Shown piece by piece: positions 59,674 to 64,000 of a stretch of DNA of 64,000 nucleotides. The position numbers and the translations under genes are program-made. Source of the DNA: Candidatus Latescibacterota bacterium (GTDB lineage Bacteria > Latescibacterota > UBA2968 > UBA8231); contig CBDAOB010000005.1 of the NCBI GenBank assembly GCA_965197905.1, positions 1,536,001 through 1,600,000 of the forward strand. The letters are read 5' to 3'. Every line of letters begins with the position of its first letter. Within the stretch, counting starts at the first letter, position 1. A model generated the notes under the pieces. That model did no database searches. It was given only the letters and a program-made list of their open reading frames with translations, and had not been told where the DNA came from.

Positions 59674-60540
59674 CTAGTCCAGCTGTACTTCCCTCTCGTT
59701 TAGTTCCCTATCGAAGCGTGCGGATTGCAACATCCATCCAGCCAGGCGGTGGCCGCGCGAAATTTCCCCGACATCGGACAGTGCCTGGTCATCGTCGTCA
59801 AGCCGAGAGGTGAAGTTGGTAATCTGCTCTCGGATCGAGCTGGATCTGTTGACATTTTTTTGGGCGAAGGTGGCGTGGCCATGTCGCCCGTAGAACTCGG
59901 CGCTCACAGTATCCGTCGCTCCCAGGCCGTTGAATTCCACACTTGCCTCAACGCCCGTGGAAAACCGCACGAACCCGACAGCCAAATCCTCGGTGGGTCG
60001 ATTGGCGACCAAACTTCGGGCACGCGCGAGCACCGTGTCCACGGTGCCGAAGCGGCCGAGCAGAGCGAGATACGGCACGGCGTGTCGAAGGAGTATGCCT
60101 TCAGCGTCTCCTTCAAGCTGGTTTCTTGGTATCGACACATCCAATCGAAGATAGAGAATTGCTCCTACACGCCCATACTGCTGGGGTGTTGCAAGCCAGT
60201 TGGAAAGCGCAGCCACGCCAGCGTGAGTAAGGCATGCGAGGCGGCGACCCGCATCGGCATACAATCGCGTCAGCCGTTGGAGTCGGCGAATACTCGAACT
60301 GAGTGGAGGCGCGCACATGGCGTGTTTGCCTGCCGCCGCCACCTCCTGCAGCCAGTAGCTACGGTCCCTCACGGACGAGCACAGAACCATCACATGGGTA
60401 GAGGTGTCTCGCAGCGCCTCGCGGGGATCAACAAACGGACGAACAACCAGGCTCTCCCTGTTCATGGCGCTGCAATGCTCGCGGCTCAGCTGGTCAGTCG
60501 ATGCAACAACCGCAACGCCGAGCGGTTCCGATGCTGTCAT
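59674..60540 (-). CDS. Degenerate Gfo/Idh/MocA-like oxidoreductase
   Basis: AAAGKHAMCAPPL (EKP position), ED.A...VRFS.G, EFYG..G. Confidence 0.55.
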   Translation of the reverse strand: MTASEPLGVAVVASTDQLSREHCSAMNRESLVVRPFVDPREALRDTSTHVMVLCSSVRDRSYWLQEVAAAGKHAMCAPPLSSSIRRLQRLTRLYADAGRRLACLTHAGVAALSNWLATPQQYGRVGAILYLRLDVSIPRNQLEGDAEGILLRHAVPYLALLGRFGTVDTVLARARSLVANRPTEDLAVGFVRFSTGVEASVEFNGLGATDTVSAEFYGRHGHATFAQKNVNRSSSIREQITNFTSRLDDDDQALSDVGEISRGHRLAGWMLQSARFDRELNEREVQLD

Positions 60541-60666
60541 GGATTGTTTTCGATAATCGGGCTACTGGTTTTTCTGTTGCGCGATCGGGCGAGTGGCGAG
60601 ATAAGATACAGGCGGCTGAAATCGTTTGCAACGAACCAGGGCTCTGGATAGCGGATACCGTTTTTC

Positions 60667-60695
60667 TTGACACCTGATCGGAGTAAAACTAGCTT
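60667..60695 (+). promoter_or_regulatory. sigma70-like promoter
   Basis: TTGACA-17 bp-TAGCTT. Confidence 0.45.
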
Positions 60696-60718
60696 TGATC
60701 AGGGTAAAGGAGCTCGTT

Positions 60719-60979
60719 TTGAGCGGAATTTTCTGGGTCTTACTGGTTTTCTTGCTGGTGGCAGCGAGTAAATACGCCACCTCCGTCCGCCTTCGACATC
60801 TGCGTCAGCGAATGGAGAGAGACAAACAAACTGCAGACGACCTTTCCCGCGTACTGAACATGGCCGCAGAGCGGGAAGATGAACTGAAATCTGAGACGGC
60901 TGGTCTGCAGACGAAGCTGACAACGTTACGCAATATCGTGGCTGGTCTAGAGTGCGCAATCCTCCGCGCAGGGCGCTAG
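60719..60979 (+). CDS. Small membrane-anchored coiled-coil protein
   Basis: AAGGAG RBS, N-terminal TM helix, heptad-like tail. Confidence 0.55.
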   Translation: MSGIFWVLLVFLLVAASKYATSVRLRHLRQRMERDKQTADDLSRVLNMAAEREDELKSETAGLQTKLTTLRNIVAGLECAILRAGR

Positions 60980-60996
60980 GGATGCGGTCGTCCTTC

Positions 60997-62013
60997 TCAC
61001 TGCCAACGCTCGAGAACGTCGTCGCGTATTTCCCTTCTAAGAAGCGGTTCGATCCTGGTTTGCGCCGCCAAGCGAATGGCAGGATCCCGTTCGTCAAACG
61101 AGAGCTGCTCCAATAGATTACGGTCGGATCGCGGATGATTGGCGACCGCCACGACCACTTCTACCTGATTGTCCCCCGATAATTGCCGCAACGTCTTTAG
61201 CGAGGTTTGTGGATGTTCCGCTACAGCCTGGCGTACCGTCGGATCGGCATCCTCGGCAAGTTTTTCCAGGATCCGCAGCGGGGTATTGATGTTCATGGCA
61301 ACAGCATGTCTCAGGGAGATGTCCCGTTCGGTGCTGGCACTGTCCAGGGAGGCCACGGGTGTGTTCCGATGTTTCAACGCGCTCAGCTTCACGGTCACCA
61401 CCGAGTCTGCCGCGAGCACGGCCAGCGAGCGTTGGGTCGCATAGATATTCTTGGTCAGCTTCTGTCGCACCACCGGATCCGGATCAAGGGCCAGGAAATC
61501 GAAAACACCCTCGGGTATCAGCTCGTTGGAGGCCAGTGCTAGGCGGACCAGGGGCTGGCTGTCACGTGCCAGCCGCAATGCCAGCTTTTCAATCGATTCA
61601 CGCAGCTCCTTTGGTGCCAGGGGTTTTCTTGTGAGGTTCAAGGCAACGCCGCTGCGAACGAAAGGGACCGGGTCGGCCGAAAGAACCCAAAGCACGCCGA
61701 GGGGCGTATGCCGGTTCGTAGCGACGTAGAACCTTACTCCTCCATCCTCGTCGTCGGCCAGCAATCCGAGCTCAGCGCCATTGGTACTCGTATTCGCCCT
61801 GAGCTTCTGCTTATTGTCCACCTGAGATTCGGTGTACAGCAGCTGTCTGACCTTCCAGCGGCCAAGCCGGCGCAGACGATCCCTGATCTTCTCTTCCTGT
61901 TCTGGCTCGTCCCGAGGTTTCGCCTTTTCCTGCGCCAACGCGGATTCCGCTGCGCCGAGGAGCACTCCAACCGACAGCACCGTCAGTATTCTCAGAAAAA
62001 TAGACATTTGCAT
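60997..62013 (-). CDS. Secreted HEAT/LRV-repeat protein
   Basis: Signal peptide; repeated L..LA.D....VR..VA.N..TP units. Confidence 0.75.
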   Translation of the reverse strand: MQMSIFLRILTVLSVGVLLGAAESALAQEKAKPRDEPEQEEKIRDRLRRLGRWKVRQLLYTESQVDNKQKLRANTSTNGAELGLLADDEDGGVRFYVATNRHTPLGVLWVLSADPVPFVRSGVALNLTRKPLAPKELRESIEKLALRLARDSQPLVRLALASNELIPEGVFDFLALDPDPVVRQKLTKNIYATQRSLAVLAADSVVTVKLSALKHRNTPVASLDSASTERDISLRHAVAMNINTPLRILEKLAEDADPTVRQAVAEHPQTSLKTLRQLSGDNQVEVVVAVANHPRSDRNLLEQLSFDERDPAIRLAAQTRIEPLLRREIRDDVLERWQ

Positions 62014-62165
62014 AGATATACCTGTCTCACGAGGCGAAGACATGGCAAAATACATGCCAGGTTGTGCGCTGTCGATCTATGCCGGGGAAGGACGAGCGCC
62101 CAAGCCGATATTGGACGGATTGGGGGTGAAAGCCCCGTTTTCCACCACAGCACGGGAGCGTCTGG

Positions 62166-63101
62166 CTACTTTTCCTGCATTTTGCGGATAAGTCGGCGGT
62201 TGAACTCACGAGCGGGGTGCGTACCAGAGACGCGCAGCAGGTAGTTGCGGGCAATCGTTTCCACGATCACAGTGATATTCTTGCCCGGGAAGAGGGGGAC
62301 GGTAATCTCCGGCACCTCGATTCCGAGGATATTGGTTGCCCGATCTTCTAGGCCGATGCGCTCAAATTCCAGATTGTCGTCCCAATCAACGAGATCGACA
62401 ACGGTTTCTACACGTTTTTGTCTCCGTGTACCTCTGATGCCGAAGAGGCGACGCACATCGACGATCCCGATTCCACGAATTTCCATGTGATTCTCCAACA
62501 CCGCCGGGCAAGAACCGACCAATATGCCCTGTGCCATTCTAGATATGACCACGGTGTCGTCGGCGACCAAGCGGTGGCCCCGTTCAACGAGGTCGAGGCC
62601 GACCTCGCTCTTGCCGATACCGCTTCGGCCAGTAAACAGAAGGCCGACGCCATCAACGTCTACAAGGGTGCCATGAACCGTCACCTGCGGTGCGAAATGA
62701 CCGTCCAGATAGAAATGTAGCAGGTGGGTGAATTTAGCGGTGTTAAACTCGGATCGAAGCAGCGGAATATCGTGAAGTTTGGCCATCTCACGCAATTCGG
62801 GTAACAGGCGACCAGTACCCGTAACAACCACGCAAGGCATTGGAAACTGGTAGATGATTTCCAAGGCTTCCCGGCGATTGGCGCGCGGCAGGCTGCGGAG
62901 GTATTCAAGTTCGTGATTGCCGAGCAGCTGTACCTGATCGAAGGTGAACAGTTCCACGAAACCTGTGAGCGCCAGACCAGGTCTATTGACATCGGCGCTA
63001 TTAATGGTCCGATCAATCCCTCCTTCCCCTGCCACCATCCGTAATCCGAGCGAACGGCCGTGGGTATTGAGAAATTTTTTAATGGAGAGTTCTGCCATCA
63101 C
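62166..63101 (-). CDS. hprK: HPr kinase/phosphorylase
   Basis: NRPGLALTGF, GRSGIGKSE, GHRLVADD, EIRGIGI. Confidence 0.96.
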   Translation of the reverse strand: MMAELSIKKFLNTHGRSLGLRMVAGEGGIDRTINSADVNRPGLALTGFVELFTFDQVQLLGNHELEYLRSLPRANRREALEIIYQFPMPCVVVTGTGRLLPELREMAKLHDIPLLRSEFNTAKFTHLLHFYLDGHFAPQVTVHGTLVDVDGVGLLFTGRSGIGKSEVGLDLVERGHRLVADDTVVISRMAQGILVGSCPAVLENHMEIRGIGIVDVRRLFGIRGTRRQKRVETVVDLVDWDDNLEFERIGLEDRATNILGIEVPEITVPLFPGKNITVIVETIARNYLLRVSGTHPAREFNRRLIRKMQEK

Positions 63102-63997
63102 TCTGTCAGTGTTTGAATGATTCTCTCGTAGCCTGCGTAGCGCGCGGAAGAGATTCGGTTTTCCTCAACGGCAATCCGGATGACGCATCCGGGTTCGCTC
63201 AAATGCAGACAGTTCCGAAATCGGCACTGCTGCAACAGCGGCGCCATCTCAACAAAATAGTCTGCCAACGTCGCGCGTGAAACGTCCCACAAGCCGAGCT
63301 CCTTGAGACCGGGAGTGTCAGCCACCATGCCACCACTGTTGAGCTTGTAGAGATGCGCGGCGGTAGTGGTGTGTTTGCCCCGATTGTGTTTTTTCATGGT
63401 GGTATCGGTCTTGATGGAAAGGCCAGGCTGAAGCCTGTTCAACAGAGAGGATTTTCCGACCCCGGATTGGCCCACGAAGGCGGTGACTCGATCTGTCAAG
63501 TCGCTCCTCAGCGCTTCGATGCCTGTCCCCGTTCTGGCGCTGGTGAGATGAACCCGATATCCGAGGTCGCGATAGGTTCGCTCCAGCGATTCGCTTTCTC
63601 CATCGGCTAAAAGGTCGTGTTTGTTGATACAGATGGCGGGCCGAATGTTGCCTTTGAGCGCCATGACAATGGCGCGATCGATGAATCCAACCCTGGGAGA
63701 TGGATTGTGTAGCGACACTATGGCCACCAATGTGTCGATGTTCGCGGCCAGCAACTGTTCACTGGGGCGCGAACCTGATGATAACCGCGAGAACAGAGAA
63801 TGGCGGGGATAGACCGCTTCGACAACTCCGACTTTTTCGGACACCGCAGCCACTTCCACCAAGTCCCCCGTGACGACCGGAGCGTTTGTCACGCGGGTCC
63901 CAAGCTTCAATTTTCCGCGTAACTCACACTGCCATTCTTCAGGTCCCACATCGACCAGACACTGCAGGCCGGATACCCGCAGGACACGCCCCCGCAT
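63098..63997 (-). CDS. rsgA: Ribosome small subunit-dependent GTPase A
   Basis: NK.DL, GQSGVGKSS, GKHTTT, DTPG, C.F.NC.H..EPGC. Confidence 0.96.
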   Translation of the reverse strand: MRGRVLRVSGLQCLVDVGPEEWQCELRGKLKLGTRVTNAPVVTGDLVEVAAVSEKVGVVEAVYPRHSLFSRLSSGSRPSEQLLAANIDTLVAIVSLHNPSPRVGFIDRAIVMALKGNIRPAICINKHDLLADGESESLERTYRDLGYRVHLTSARTGTGIEALRSDLTDRVTAFVGQSGVGKSSLLNRLQPGLSIKTDTTMKKHNRGKHTTTAAHLYKLNSGGMVADTPGLKELGLWDVSRATLADYFVEMAPLLQQCRFRNCLHLSEPGCVIRIAVEENRISSARYAGYERIIQTLTE

Positions 63998-64000
63998 CGC

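Overview
This is a 64-kb chromosomal window from a GC-rich diderm bacterium. The gene set (PorV-like barrel, bS22, sulfatase, heparinase-like and DUF4038 cargo) suggests the FCB group, possibly Latescibacterota; this is an inference. From left to right: (1) a PspA-polyamine envelope-stress operon (J-domain, YbjN/CesT-like, PspA, Tat amine oxidase, membrane SpeE, DUF4178, lipoprotein, DUF350, K+ channel, PilZ); (2) housekeeping and transport genes (cutA, cysC, an atypical pyrH, purB, a TPAT/TRAP transporter, a lytic transglycosylase); (3) mreBC, HU, bS22 and three tRNAs; (4) a ~9-kb decayed island after tRNA-Pro carrying glycan/sulfatase cargo, an IS91 remnant and a phage-type integrase; (5) the core block miaA...der-rimP-nusA-infB-rbfA-truB-riboflavin kinase-rpsO-pnp-asnS-leuS; (6) at the point where gene orientation flips, a dif-like site 21 bp from a catalytically intact tyrosine recombinase, a second perfect 12-6-12 Xer-type palindrome upstream of it, and an internally deleted IS256 element with an 8-bp TSD between them; (7) mutL, hprK and rsgA. 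Several single-base frameshifts, two in homopolymer runs, may be long-read errors. All calls come from motif recognition by eye; no database searches were run.
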